Source of the DNA: an uncultured Alphaproteobacteria bacterium
GTDB taxonomy: Bacteria; Pseudomonadota; Alphaproteobacteria; MPNO01; UBA2964
Assembly: GCA_951812775.1 (NCBI GenBank)
Contig: OX638326.1
Coordinates: forward strand, 2,241,391-2,305,390
Length of the DNA stretch: 64,000 bases
Direction: 5' to 3'
Positions 53,043 through 63,526 of this stretch are shown here, piece after piece. The notes below the pieces were generated by a model that was given only the letters and a program-made list of their open reading frames with translations, searched no databases and had not been told where the DNA came from. The stretch's first letter is position 1. Each line of letters opens with the position of its first letter. Position numbers and translations under genes: made by a program.

Positions 53043-53894
53043 TTAGTAGGTGACTGAAATCACCACGCGACGGTTCTTGGCATTCTTTGCGCCGTCTGCT
53101 GTTTTGACAGCAGGCTTTGCTTCACCCCAAGCGACCGTTCTCACGATACCTTTCTTAACACCAGCCTTGACGAGACCGGCCGCAACCGCATCAGCGCGTG
53201 CCGATGCGAGCTTGGCATTGTAAGAGTTGGATCCCGAACGGTCAGCATGACCAGCAACCGTAATGCGTGACGTCTTGCGGGGTTTGATGAACTTCCTCAC
53301 GCCTTTGATTTCCGAAGCACCATTCTTGCTGATTTTGGTGCTGTTATAATCAAAATAGACGATGAAGTTACGGGTCAGAAGCTGACGCGTCATCGGCTTC
53401 TTTTCCATCATGACAGGTTCTTCGACCGCAGCTTCAAGCAAGGCCATGGCACCATAAAATGCACTCCGGCATTTTTGGATATCCCTTTTCTGCAGGTTCT
53501 CTTCAGCTTCCTGCATCCAGCAATCGAACTGTACCTGGGCATTCGCCGCATGCTTCGGTGCCTTCTTAATACCACCAGCGGCAAAAGCAGACGTCAGACG
53601 CTTACGCGCATTCGCCAGGGGTTTCTTGTGCTTACTGACGAGTTTCCGTGCGCTCATTGCTTCGGGGCCTGTCGGCTTACCCATCGCAGCCATTTTAGCG
53701 CGATCAACAAATGATCCGGCATCACCGAAATCGTCTTCTTTATATTCAGCCCGGGCCAGTTTCACATATCCGTCCCGCAGGCCCTTTTCATAAGCCCCGC
53801 CCTTTACGCTCATCTTCGCGACTTCGTCTGTGCTACAAGCCGCAGCAAAGACACCAATCGCCAAAACGGCAAAAATGTTTTTAACGCTTCCCAT
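53043..53894 (-). CDS. OmpA-family lipoprotein (C-terminal OmpA-like peptidoglycan-binding domain)
   Basis: Lipobox LAIGVFAAAC. C-terminal NSTKISKNGASEIK...TVAGHADRSGSNSYNAKLASARADAV OmpA_C motif. 283 aa. Confidence 0.75.
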   Translation of the reverse strand: MGSVKNIFAVLAIGVFAAACSTDEVAKMSVKGGAYEKGLRDGYVKLARAEYKEDDFGDAGSFVDRAKMAAMGKPTGPEAMSARKLVSKHKKPLANARKRLTSAFAAGGIKKAPKHAANAQVQFDCWMQEAEENLQKRDIQKCRSAFYGAMALLEAAVEEPVMMEKKPMTRQLLTRNFIVYFDYNSTKISKNGASEIKGVRKFIKPRKTSRITVAGHADRSGSNSYNAKLASARADAVAAGLVKAGVKKGIVRTVAWGEAKPAVKTADGAKNAKNRRVVISVTY

Positions 53895-54018
53895 TAATTT
53901 TCTCCCATCCCAATAAATTTAACCGGGGATATTCACCCCAGCATCACTTGTGCAGTAATAAAGTATACCTAAGCAAGAAGTGTGCCAAGTTCTGTATATG
54001 TTACCAACGGGTAGTGGG

Positions 54019-54903
54019 TCAGTTTGAAATATCTTTCTTGTAAGAGCCGCGCTTCGTCGGCTTGGCCGCTTCCGCAGCTTCCAACAGTTTCACAATGTCT
54101 TTCATATCCCATAGCGTATCGGAAACGCCAGCGGCCATAGCTGGTGACATACGAAGTGTTTTGTGCATCCGAACGAAATTGTAATACATCATGTGAAACG
54201 CAACAGCGTGTGCATGGTTTTCGACCTTCTTGCTGAAACCATTTGTCAGGCGGGTAAAGCGGCGCATGTGCATCCGCATGGTTAGGTTGCTGCGCTCGAC
54301 ATAGGATGTGCTGACCAGCTTTTTGTCAGGCTCACCCTCAATCCGGTGCTTCTTGATGCCGGTGCATTCAGCGGGGCTGTAGCGACCTTTGGAACTTTCC
54401 GGCGCGTTGCCATACATCTTGACCTGTTGCGCATAGTCAACATCGGCTCCGAACGCCCCTTCAACAGCTTCAAGATATGACTTGTGACCGTCACTGGTTA
54501 GCTGGACACGATTGGCAAGGCGGCTACGCAGATCATCCATAAACCACATTGCATATTCGGCATCGCGGCCACCGACCAGATAGGATACGATCATTTTGCT
54601 ATCAGCATCAATCGCGGTCCACGTCCAAGTGTCGCCAGCATTGGCGGGAGCGGCCTTTGCGGTTTTGACGTTCTTTTGTTTGGCATAGGTGAATGACCAG
54701 ATTTCATCGACTTCGACACGGGTTGTTTTCAAGTTGCGGACATTGGCCTCGTGATAGGCCGCACATGCTTTGCCAACGTCAATCAACAGCTTTGATATTG
54801 TGTTCTTGCTGACGCCTGTCATCCGCACGATCGAGCGGATGCTGTTACCCTCGCAAAGCATGTGCAAAATTCTTGATCGTTGTTCTGATGATAGCTTGTT
54901 CAT
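54019..54903 (-). CDS. IS1-family DDE transposase (single-ORF type)
   Basis: N-terminal HTH, VEVDEIWSF...WTAIDADSK...LTSDGHKSY...ERSNLTMRMHMRRFTRLTNGFSKKVENHAHAV parallels the IS1 InsB DDE region. 294 aa. Confidence 0.7.
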   Translation of the reverse strand: MNKLSSEQRSRILHMLCEGNSIRSIVRMTGVSKNTISKLLIDVGKACAAYHEANVRNLKTTRVEVDEIWSFTYAKQKNVKTAKAAPANAGDTWTWTAIDADSKMIVSYLVGGRDAEYAMWFMDDLRSRLANRVQLTSDGHKSYLEAVEGAFGADVDYAQQVKMYGNAPESSKGRYSPAECTGIKKHRIEGEPDKKLVSTSYVERSNLTMRMHMRRFTRLTNGFSKKVENHAHAVAFHMMYYNFVRMHKTLRMSPAMAAGVSDTLWDMKDIVKLLEAAEAAKPTKRGSYKKDISN

Positions 54904-55028
54904 AGGGATTTTATAACTGACCCTTTTTACTTAGTTAAGCACTACAGTCAGTTTAGGGATATAAAATACACTAGGTGGGTGAATCAGGGTGTTGACCTTT
55001 CATTATCCGGTAATTATGGTGATTCCGC

Positions 55029-55325
55029 ATGAAAGTTGATTACGCAGACAAGCGCCTCGGCAGGATTGCAACAGACGAAGCGCACAAGCTGGGTCTACCG
55101 ATTTCGGTAATCAACAGTGCGCGGAAGAAGATCGTTCTTTTGGAGCAAGCGCCTGATGAAAGAACAATTAGAAACTGGAGATCGTTGAATTTTAAGAAAT
55201 TACGTGGCGACAGAGACAATCAAAAATCAATTCGGGTTAACGACCAATACCGCATCATTTTTACGCTCGATAATGACGAGCATCCGCCACGAATAACGAT
55301 TTTGGAGATTGATGATACACATTAG
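55029..55325 (+). CDS. higB: HigB-like toxin (RelE/ParE superfamily, plasmid-maintenance killer type)
   Basis: ...LNFKKLRGDRDNQKSIRVNDQYRIIFTLDNDEHPPRITILEIDDTH matches the HigB C-terminal signature. Toxin lies upstream of the antitoxin, the HigBA order. Confidence 0.7.
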   Translation: MKVDYADKRLGRIATDEAHKLGLPISVINSARKKIVLLEQAPDERTIRNWRSLNFKKLRGDRDNQKSIRVNDQYRIIFTLDNDEHPPRITILEIDDTH

Positions 55326-55337
55326 AATTGGGGTAAT

Positions 55338-56465
55338 ATGAGCAATGGAAATTACATGATTGAAGTGCCGCATCCCGGTGAATTTATTGCTGATGAATTG
55401 GAAGCGCGGGACTGGTCGCAGCGAGACCTTGCCTATATTTTGGGCACAGCTGAAAACAGCGTCAACATGATCGTGACTGGCAAGCGGGGCATAAGTCCTG
55501 AAATGGCCAAGGTGCTCGGTGCCGCTTTTGATGTTAGCCCTGAGTTTTTTGCGAATTTGCAGAAGGCTTATGAAATGTCACGAGCAACAGCACCGGACCC
55601 AGGCATCGCACGTCGCGCACAGTTTCAAAACGTCTATCCTATTCGCGCTATGATTCAGCGCGGATGGTTGGAAGATACGGAAGTGCCGCTTCTTGAGGGA
55701 CAGTTGATGCGGTTTTTCGGCTCCAATAGCGTTGAGAACATCCCGCATTTGGCTCACGCTGCAAAGAAAACCAATTATGACGGGACAACACCTGAACAAC
55801 TCGCTTGGCTTTATCGCGTAAAGCAAATTTGTTCTGAAATGCCCACCCCGCGCTACTCCAAAAAGGCGCTGGTAAAAGCCGTTTCGGAAGATTTGCCAGC
55901 GTTAATGGGAGACCCAGAGGGCGTCCGCCATGTTCCCCGCATCTTGAATGAATGCGGTGTTCGGTTTGCTATCGTCGAGACACTGCCAAAGGCAACCATT
56001 GATGGTGTTTGTTTTTGGGATGGAGCAAAGCCGATGGTTGGCATGACCACCCGCTTTGATCGTATCGACAATTTTTGGTTCGTCCTGTTTCACGAACTCG
56101 AACACGTTTTGAATGAAGATGGAAGGGTTGGAAAATCCATTAATATTGATGTGGATTTGAAATACGACCAGTCTGACGATCAACCAGAACAGGAGCGAAA
56201 AGCTAACCTTGCCGCTGCGAATGCGTGTGTCCCCACAAAGGACTTAGAATCTTTCTATCTTCGTAAAGCCCCTTTCATCTCGCAAAGAGACGTGATCGGC
56301 TTTGCGCGTCGAATTAACCGGCATCCCGGCATTGTTGTCGGACAGCTACAGTGGAAAATGGACCGTTATAACTGGTTGGCGAAACACAAAGTGAGCGTCC
56401 GAAAATTTATTGCTCAAAGTGCAATTACAGATGGTTGGGGCATCCCGGCACCAGTCACAATTTAA
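55338..56465 (+). CDS. HigA-like XRE-HTH antitoxin fused to an ImmA/IrrE-type Zn-metallopeptidase domain (M78, COG2856)
   Basis: N-terminal HTH (HPGEFIADELEARDWSQRDLAYILGTAENSVNMIVTGKRGISPEMA). C-terminal domain with HExxH (LFHELEHVL). 375 aa. Confidence 0.65.
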   Translation: MSNGNYMIEVPHPGEFIADELEARDWSQRDLAYILGTAENSVNMIVTGKRGISPEMAKVLGAAFDVSPEFFANLQKAYEMSRATAPDPGIARRAQFQNVYPIRAMIQRGWLEDTEVPLLEGQLMRFFGSNSVENIPHLAHAAKKTNYDGTTPEQLAWLYRVKQICSEMPTPRYSKKALVKAVSEDLPALMGDPEGVRHVPRILNECGVRFAIVETLPKATIDGVCFWDGAKPMVGMTTRFDRIDNFWFVLFHELEHVLNEDGRVGKSINIDVDLKYDQSDDQPEQERKANLAAANACVPTKDLESFYLRKAPFISQRDVIGFARRINRHPGIVVGQLQWKMDRYNWLAKHKVSVRKFIAQSAITDGWGIPAPVTI

Positions 56466-56476
56466 GGAAATAGAAA

Positions 56477-56950
56477 ATGGCATCTTACGACGAACAACTA
56501 CAAAACGTATGGCACGAATACGAAAAAGAAAAAGGATTTATCCCCGCAACATCTAAAGACGCGGTTAGATGGGGTGTCGAGCGTGGTATGATTGAAATGC
56601 CAGAAATAGACCCGTTTGACGAACTATCCAAGGATATGTCGCGGGCTTTGCGCGAAGAGTATGGCACGGATCGCTACGGTCGTCGGTATCGCAAAAACCA
56701 TGCGGGAAGGGTTACCAAGGCGGGCGTTCAGCATACTATGTGGGCAATCATGGGCAATGCTCCGCTTGACCACATGCGGAAGGCTTTCGTGCAGCGTCGG
56801 GAGCAAATTGTGGGCGACTGTGTCCAGTTAGCTACCGATGTTGAGGTTTACAACGATATGAACCCTGAACAGGAAGGCGTTCAGATTCCGTTCGATTTCA
56901 CTGATGATGTGGACGAACGTTTGCTGTTCGACGGCGGCAAGGCGGCCTAG
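56477..56950 (+). CDS. hypothetical protein with no recognised domain, co-directional with the higBA-peptidase module
   Basis: 157-aa ORF whose start overlaps the upstream region by 12 nt. Confidence 0.4.
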   Translation: MASYDEQLQNVWHEYEKEKGFIPATSKDAVRWGVERGMIEMPEIDPFDELSKDMSRALREEYGTDRYGRRYRKNHAGRVTKAGVQHTMWAIMGNAPLDHMRKAFVQRREQIVGDCVQLATDVEVYNDMNPEQEGVQIPFDFTDDVDERLLFDGGKAA

Positions 56951-57174
56951 TCTTTTTTCTTCCAACGAGCCTGTGCGGCTGTTTTGGCAATTTCAGAACG
57001 TTGCGCTGGTGTTAATGCTTTGGCACGGGCTGGACCGCCTTTCTTTCCAGCTTTAGAAGCGCGTTCCCCGGTTGCCGTTTCTTCCGCATCTTCTTCTTCA
57101 CTGGATGCAATATCCACCATCAGCTTTGCAAGCTGGTTGGGATCGCGGGGTCGTTTGGGCTTTTTGTCTGCCAT
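56947..57174 (-). CDS. small basic Lys/Ala-rich hypothetical protein (possible nucleic-acid-binding)
   Basis: MADKKPKRPRDPNQLAKLMVD...LTPAQRSEIAKTAAQARWKKKD. 76 aa. Confidence 0.35.
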   Translation of the reverse strand: MADKKPKRPRDPNQLAKLMVDIASSEEEDAEETATGERASKAGKKGGPARAKALTPAQRSEIAKTAAQARWKKKD

Positions 57175-57456
57175 AGACTCTATATAGGGTGGTATGCAGA
57201 AAATTGCAGAGCTAAATTTCAAACTGACCCACTACCCCAACGGGGGGATTTGACAGGAAATATTGTTAGATTTCAACAAATTGATTAGTTTTTTTGGAAA
57301 ATGCCCGTAAACTTCGAAAATCTGTACTAAAGAGAATTTGTCGCAGATCAAGACGGGAAACGACCGGTCCCCTCGGCACACACCAAAGACCGACCGAGGA
57401 AGCTGGTTTGGCAGCATAGATTTGGGTGCAAAACCTGATCGAGGAAGTATTAGTTA

Positions 57457-57720
57457 ATGGCCGCAGAACGTAAAAAAGAAATTCTCCTTGTTGAAGATAC
57501 CGCGCTCCTTGCCAAGAGCTATATTCAGTATCTTCGCAACGACCCCTATACGGTCACGCATGTCGCCACCGGCAAGGAAGCCCTGAAACATCTTTCTTCA
57601 AATATGCTGGACTGCATATTGCTGGATCTGGAATTGCCCGACATGACCGGGCTCGAAATCATGGAAAAGATCGGCAGCGGACGACTTCGCACAGCGCTCA
57701 GCGGAAAGACAAGCCGTTAG
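57457..57720 (+). pseudogene. response-regulator receiver-domain fragment (N-terminal ~85 aa only)
   Basis: ILLVEDTALLAKS...DCILLDLELPDMTGLEI is the first half of a REC domain. No output domain follows. Confidence 0.5.
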
Positions 57721-57730
57721 AGGCAATCAG

Positions 57731-58522
57731 GTGGATCAGAGAAATCCGAATCCCGAAACGAGTCTGGATCACGAAGGTGAAACACATGACTCCACCATTT
57801 CCAGAAAGGAACTGAAAAAAGCGGCTGAAGCGCGAAAACTCAACAGCGCAATTCAAACGATGAAAGGGCATGTGAAAAGCTTCGGGCGGAGAAATCTATC
57901 GGATGCGGAAACGAATTTGGAACATTTTCTCTCCGCCACGGGTAAGGACAGAGTGCTTACGCGCAAACAGGCTCGAAGCCATGAAGCCGTCCGGAATCTA
58001 GAAGCAGACATCAGAAAACAGCTAGAAAACAGTTTTTTTACCATCTACGCGGAAAAGGACGAAATACAATCAAAAAACGAGCGCAAACTAAATGGAATAA
58101 AGGATGGTCAGTCGATCACTCTCAACAGTCGAACTGTTTCCAACCATGGTACTGGTAGTTTTTTATTGGACCACGGGCTTGGCATGGAACCTTTCGGGCG
58201 TGATCCAAACTTCGCGCTGGGGTTTGGACAAATAAGACTCTTTTCTGATGCCTAATTCACCGCGAAGCGAACGGGCAAGCGCGTGGAAATAACAGGCACC
58301 GTCCAACACAATTGGAATGACACATATGATTTTGACGACGGACAGCCCGGTTTCGAAGAAGCCAAATTACTCCTAGACGAAGGCATGGCAAAAGAATTTT
58401 CTATACGCGCCAACTGGCGGCAAAAAGTGACTGCTACCTACCGCCTTGAAAATGGCGAATTAAAGCTCGAAGGAACAAAATGGGAGGACATAGATGATGC
58501 CGGAAAAGAAAAACCCGATTAA
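57731..58522 (+). CDS. unrecognised ORF pair (174 aa and 79 aa) in one frame separated by a single TAA at 58253..58255, within an AT-rich island
   Basis: Read directly: ...GFGQIRLFSDA*FTAKRTGKRVEITGTVQHNWNDTYDFDDGQPGF... . No recognised domain. Confidence 0.3.
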
Positions 58523-58615
58523 ACCCATAATCAATAAACTATCTTTCCAGCTGAGTTACTGCTGGAATCGCTGGCCTAAATCGACCATCACACTGGACGC
58601 TGCTTCGATCATTTT

Positions 58616-59107
58616 GTGTGTTTTTTTGTGCCGATGTGGCCACATAAACCCTTTTGCAACGGTCGTGTCTATATTGACACTGGCAAAAAGGGACATGGTA
58701 GATTTAAAACTAATGAAGAATACACAGCTTCTTACCATGTCTATCACTACCGCTTAGTACCCGGCCCTCTTTCTGATCCGTATGTGGACAAGATCGTCAA
58801 TACTCTGGACTATTGGAAGGTTTTATATATCAGAATCGGCAACATAATTCTTATCCCAGGCTATCGAACCGGTTTCTTCGACAACGCTATAGGCGTCTGG
58901 AGCATAGTAATTATAAAAGACCTCTATAAAAATCTTATGAGTGGCCGGATTACATACCCGACGCCTATGCCGCCAAAAATTCGCGAACTAATGGAATTCG
59001 ATATCAGTAAATACAAAGATTACCCTAGAGAAGTAAAAGGCATAGAATACTGCCAAACTGGTATTCCCAAGGCACTCGCCATCAAAAATTGGGGGCTGAA
59101 AGAATAG
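58616..59107 (+). CDS. hypothetical protein with no recognised domain, in an AT-rich island
   Basis: 163-aa ORF. Low-GC codon usage that differs from the flanking core genes. Confidence 0.3.
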   Translation: MCFFVPMWPHKPFCNGRVYIDTGKKGHGRFKTNEEYTASYHVYHYRLVPGPLSDPYVDKIVNTLDYWKVLYIRIGNIILIPGYRTGFFDNAIGVWSIVIIKDLYKNLMSGRITYPTPMPPKIRELMEFDISKYKDYPREVKGIEYCQTGIPKALAIKNWGLKE

Positions 59108-59125
59108 TCTGAATGACCAGGCTAG

Positions 59126-60337
59126 CTACCTTTTTAGCGCCGCGACGCCGGGCAGTTCCTTGCCTTCCAGCCATTCCAGGAATGCCCCGCCTGCTGTAGA
59201 CACGTAAGAGAAATCATCCAGCGCATCAGCGGCAGCCAACGCCGCAACGGTATCACCACCGCCGGCAACTGAACGAAGTTTACCCTCTGCGGTCAACTTC
59301 GCTGCCGCCTGCGCAACGATATTCGTACCCTTATCAAAGGGCCGGATTTCAAACGCGCCAAGCGGGCCGTTCCACAGCACTGTTTTGCAATCGGCGAGGC
59401 TATCAGCCAGCGCCTGCGCTGTTCCTTCCCCGACATCAAGGATCATGGTATCAGCGCGCACTGCTGCGATCGGCACTGTTTCACATGGCGCCCCAGCTTC
59501 AAATTTTTCAGAAATTACAACATCACGGGGCAGAACAACTTCGCAGCCTGCCGCGTCAGCGCTCGCCATCACGGCACGTGCCGTATCCGCCATATCATTT
59601 TCGCACAGGGAAGCGCCGACATCCGTACCAAGCGCATACAGGAACGTATTTGCCATCGCGCCACCGATAACAAGCCGATCAATCTTTTCAACCATATTGC
59701 TCAGAACATCCAGTTTGGTCGACACTTTTGCACCGCCGACCACTGCCAAAACCGGACGCTCTGGATCCCCAAGCGCTACTTCCAGCGCTTCGAGCTCTGC
59801 CTGCATGGATCGGCCCGCCGCCGCCGCCAATACATGCGCAATACCTGCTGTCGACGCGTGCGCCCGATGTGCCGCTGAAAAAGCATCATTGACGTAGGCA
59901 TCCCCGAGCATTGCGAGTGCTTTGATGAAAGCATCATCATTGGCTTCTTCACCAGCATGAAAACGCAAATTTTCGAGCAGTGCGACCCCGCCATTGGGCA
60001 GAGCCTCGATCGCCGCTTCCGATGCGGCACCGATACAAGCATCGACGAATACCACCTCACGCCCACCCAGCGCGGCGCTGAACGGCTCGACAAGCGGTTT
60101 AAGCGACATTTCCGGCACCACCTGACCCTTAGGCCTGTCGAAATGAGACATCACCACGACTTTGCAGCCGCGGTCCGCGAGCTCGAGGACTGTAGGAGCC
60201 AGCCGCTCAATACGGGTGGCCTCTGTCACGATGCCATCCTGCATCGGGACATTGAGATCACCGCGCACCAGAACACGTGTGCCCGCTGCCTGCTCGTTCA
60301 AAGCAGGCAGGGTATCAAGCGTTTCAAATCGCGCCAT
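59126..60337 (-). CDS. pgk: phosphoglycerate kinase
   Basis: [10 protein letters not shown] and hinge motifs typical of Pgk. 403 aa. Confidence 0.9.
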   Translation of the reverse strand: MARFETLDTLPALNEQAAGTRVLVRGDLNVPMQDGIVTEATRIERLAPTVLELADRGCKVVVMSHFDRPKGQVVPEMSLKPLVEPFSAALGGREVVFVDACIGAASEAAIEALPNGGVALLENLRFHAGEEANDDAFIKALAMLGDAYVNDAFSAAHRAHASTAGIAHVLAAAAGRSMQAELEALEVALGDPERPVLAVVGGAKVSTKLDVLSNMVEKIDRLVIGGAMANTFLYALGTDVGASLCENDMADTARAVMASADAAGCEVVLPRDVVISEKFEAGAPCETVPIAAVRADTMILDVGEGTAQALADSLADCKTVLWNGPLGAFEIRPFDKGTNIVAQAAAKLTAEGKLRSVAGGGDTVAALAAADALDDFSYVSTAGGAFLEWLEGKELPGVAALKR

Positions 60338-60361
60338 TTTACGATCCGCCTATAGTCAGGA

Positions 60362-61372
60362 TCAGCGCAGCTTGCCCATCATCACGGCAGTGTCTGACAT
60401 GCGGTTGGAGAAACCCCACTCATTGTCATACCAAGAGGCAACACGACAAAGCTTACCCTCAATGACCTGGGTCTGGGTCAAATCAAAGATCGAGCTAGCA
60501 GCGTTGTGATTGAAATCCGACGACACAAGAGGCTCATCATTCGTTGTCAGAATGTTTTTGAACGCGGGAGATGCCGCCGCCTTCACGATTGCCTTGTTGA
60601 TTTCCTCTACCGTCGTCTTGCGTTTGGCGGTAAAGTTGAGGTCGACAATAGAAACGTTAGCCGTAGGTACGCGGATTGAGGTCCCGTCAAGTTTGCCGTT
60701 GAGTTCAGGCAACACCAGACCAACAGCCTTCGCCGCACCAGTGGATGTCGGAATCATCGAATAAGCGGCTGCCCGGGCGCGGCGCGGATCAGGATGCAAA
60801 GTATCCTGGAGCCGTTGATCACCCGTATAGGCATGGATAGTTGTCATATAACCCTGTTGAATACCAATCGCTTTATTCAAAACAGCGGCAACAGGCGCAA
60901 GACAGTTGGTCGTACAAGATGCGTTGGACACGACCTTGTGGCTTTTACGCAATTTTTTATCATTGACGCCACACACGACCGTAAGGTCTTCACCACTTGC
61001 CGGAGCCGAAATCAAAACCTTCTTGGCACCTGCGGCAATGTGCGCTTCAGCATGTTCGCGCTTGGTGAAAATACCAGTGCATTCCAGCACAACATCAATG
61101 CCCAGTTTGTCCCAGGGCAGGTTTGCCGGATCGCGTTCTGCAAAGATCTTGATATTGCCTTTGCCGATATTGATGCCGGTCTTGGTAGTCTTCACCTTAC
61201 CGGGGAACGGCCCGTGGATTGTGTCGCGCTGTAACAGCAATGCGTTGGCATCGATACTGCCAAGGTCATTAATTGCGACAAATTCAATGTCCTTGCGACC
61301 ACTTTCATAGGCCGCGCGCAAAACCAGCCGTCCAATGCGACCAAATCCGTTAATGGCTACTTTTACTGCCAT
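60362..61372 (-). CDS. gap: glyceraldehyde-3-phosphate dehydrogenase
   Basis: [14 protein letters not shown]-terminus and catalytic SCTTNCLAP. 336 aa. Confidence 0.9.
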   Translation of the reverse strand: MAVKVAINGFGRIGRLVLRAAYESGRKDIEFVAINDLGSIDANALLLQRDTIHGPFPGKVKTTKTGINIGKGNIKIFAERDPANLPWDKLGIDVVLECTGIFTKREHAEAHIAAGAKKVLISAPASGEDLTVVCGVNDKKLRKSHKVVSNASCTTNCLAPVAAVLNKAIGIQQGYMTTIHAYTGDQRLQDTLHPDPRRARAAAYSMIPTSTGAAKAVGLVLPELNGKLDGTSIRVPTANVSIVDLNFTAKRKTTVEEINKAIVKAAASPAFKNILTTNDEPLVSSDFNHNAASSIFDLTQTQVIEGKLCRVASWYDNEWGFSNRMSDTAVMMGKLR

Positions 61373-61397
61373 AATATCCTCCGTCTAATATATGTTC

Positions 61398-63374
61398 CTA
61401 TAACCGCTCTTTGACCGCTGCCGCGACCGCTTCAGCGGTAATTCCAAAATGCTTAAACAAATCACCCGCAGGCGCCGAAGCACCAAAGCTCGACATGCCG
61501 ACGAATCCGCCCTCGGCCCCGATATATTTTTCCCAACCCAACGATACTGCTGCTTCTACGGCAACTTTAACGGTGTTGTCACCCAGAACCGACGCGCGAT
61601 ATGCCGCAGGTTGGATATCAAACAACTCCCAGCACGGTAAGGAAACAACATTCGCGGCAATACCATCTGCCGCAAGCAATTTCTGAGCCTTCACAGCGAC
61701 AGATACTTCGGATCCCGTTGCCAGCAACGTTGCTGCCGCCTCTCCGTCGGCGGGTGAAATTATATAGCCGCCTTTCGCACACTGGTTTTCACCATCGGCA
61801 TCCGTTCTCAAGGTCGGGATACCTTGCCGCGTCAGTGAGATCGCAGATGGCGTTTTCTCCGACGCGACGGCGATTTCCCAACATTCCGCGACTTCAACGG
61901 CATCGCCAGGACGAAACACATTTAGATTTGGAATGGCACGCAGACTCGCAAGCGTTTCAACCGGTTGATGTGTCGGACCATCCTCGCCCAAGCCGATAGA
62001 GTCATGTGTCAGCACTTGAATAACACGTTGTTCCATCAGGGCGGAAAGCCGCAATGCCGGGCGCATATAATCCGCAAATACGAGGAATGTCCCCGCGTAA
62101 GGTATGATGCCACCGTGCTGCGCCATACCGTTCATTGCCGCCGCCATACCATGCTCGCGAATGCCGTAATGGACATAGCGGGGCCCAAAATCCTCTTTGG
62201 AAATGGCCGACATATTGGATGTTCTTGTATTGACCGAGCCGGTGAGATCGGCGGAGCCGCCCATCAATTCGGGCACCGCACCGATCAACTTCTCCAGTAC
62301 TGCACCGGACGACACGCGTGTTGCCTGCCCTGGCGCTTCTGCCACGAATTCGGCTTTTATCTGATGAATCGCCTGCTCCCATCCCGCGGGCAAATCACCG
62401 GACATCACACGGTTAAATTCGTCACGTACCGCTGCATCAAGCCCGGCAAGTCGTGCTTCCCATGCGTGACGATCAGCCGCGCCCTTGGCGCCAGCATCCC
62501 GCCATCCAGCAACAATGTTATCTGGGACTTCAAAAGGACCATGTGACCAGCCAATGGCGTCACGTGTTCCGGCAATCTCTTCATCACCAAGTGGTGCACC
62601 GTGGGAACCCGATGTCCCCGCTTTGGTTGGTGCCCCATAGGCAATCGTCGTCCGACACGCAATCAAGGAGGGTTTGTCCTGACCCTGTGCAGCTTTTATG
62701 GCGGCTTCCACGGCTTCGGGGTCGTGACCATCAACGACACTCGTATCCCAGCCATAAGCTGCAAACCGTGACGGCACATCATCGGACCAGGACAGCGACG
62801 TGCTGCCGTCAATGGAAATGCCGTTATCATCATAAAGAACGATCAATCGAGACAATCCAAGATGACCGGCAAAGGAGGCCGCCTCATGGCTGATCCCTTC
62901 CATGAGATCGCCATCGCCAGCAATGACATAGGTGTGGTGATCAACCACGTCTTCACCAAAACGGGCCGCCAGAATACGCTCGGCCATCGCCATTCCGACA
63001 GCGGTCGAAATGCCCTGACCGAGTGGCCCGGTCGTCGTTTCGATGCCTGCGGCATGACCATACTCAGGATGGCCAGCCGTTTTACTCCCGAGCTGGCGGA
63101 AATTTTTAATTTCTTCAATATCGATATCGGGATAGCCGGTGAGATAAAGCAACGAATAGAGCAGCATCGAACCATGGCCCGCAGACAGAATAAATCTGTC
63201 GCGATCAGCCCAGTCCGGCGCGGAAGCGTCATATTTTAGGAACTTGGTAAAAAGTACGGTGGCGACATCCGCCATACCCATCGGCATGCCCGGATGGCCG
63301 GAATTTGCTGCCTGAACGGCATCCATTGAGAGGGCGCGGATGGCGTTGGCAAGGTCCTTATGTTCGATGGTCAC
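61398..63374 (-). CDS. tkt: transketolase
   Basis: ThDP-binding [22 protein letters not shown]. 658 aa. Confidence 0.9.
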   Translation of the reverse strand: MTIEHKDLANAIRALSMDAVQAANSGHPGMPMGMADVATVLFTKFLKYDASAPDWADRDRFILSAGHGSMLLYSLLYLTGYPDIDIEEIKNFRQLGSKTAGHPEYGHAAGIETTTGPLGQGISTAVGMAMAERILAARFGEDVVDHHTYVIAGDGDLMEGISHEAASFAGHLGLSRLIVLYDDNGISIDGSTSLSWSDDVPSRFAAYGWDTSVVDGHDPEAVEAAIKAAQGQDKPSLIACRTTIAYGAPTKAGTSGSHGAPLGDEEIAGTRDAIGWSHGPFEVPDNIVAGWRDAGAKGAADRHAWEARLAGLDAAVRDEFNRVMSGDLPAGWEQAIHQIKAEFVAEAPGQATRVSSGAVLEKLIGAVPELMGGSADLTGSVNTRTSNMSAISKEDFGPRYVHYGIREHGMAAAMNGMAQHGGIIPYAGTFLVFADYMRPALRLSALMEQRVIQVLTHDSIGLGEDGPTHQPVETLASLRAIPNLNVFRPGDAVEVAECWEIAVASEKTPSAISLTRQGIPTLRTDADGENQCAKGGYIISPADGEAAATLLATGSEVSVAVKAQKLLAADGIAANVVSLPCWELFDIQPAAYRASVLGDNTVKVAVEAAVSLGWEKYIGAEGGFVGMSSFGASAPAGDLFKHFGITAEAVAAAVKERL

Positions 63375-63526
63375 GTTACTTCCAAGGTTAGATTTACAGG
63401 CAAGTCTTTTCGTCGATCACGTCAATGTTTGGCACCGTTTTATAAGCCGGTTGACCTACGCTCAACCTACGGCGAATCGGTGGCTGGGTGGAGTCGCGGG
63501 TTACAAAAGCATGCAATTTATTGGCT

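Larger units (their letters stand above)
54010..57242. mobile_element. putative IS1-family transposon-like unit bounded by 22-bp perfect inverted repeats (gggtagtgggtcagtttgaaat), carrying the transposase plus passenger genes (HigB, HigA::M78 peptidase, two unrecognised ORFs)
   Basis: IR copy at 54011..54032 overlaps the transposase stop codon, as IS1 IRR does. The reverse-complement copy sits at 57220..57241. No target-site duplication was identified, so the boundaries are tentative. Confidence 0.35.

Noticed and set aside
63375-63526. Possible tRNA or small RNA in the tkt / hbd intergenic region
   Set aside because: No cloverleaf-compatible segments or conserved tRNA boxes (GTTC.A..C) could be identified by eye.
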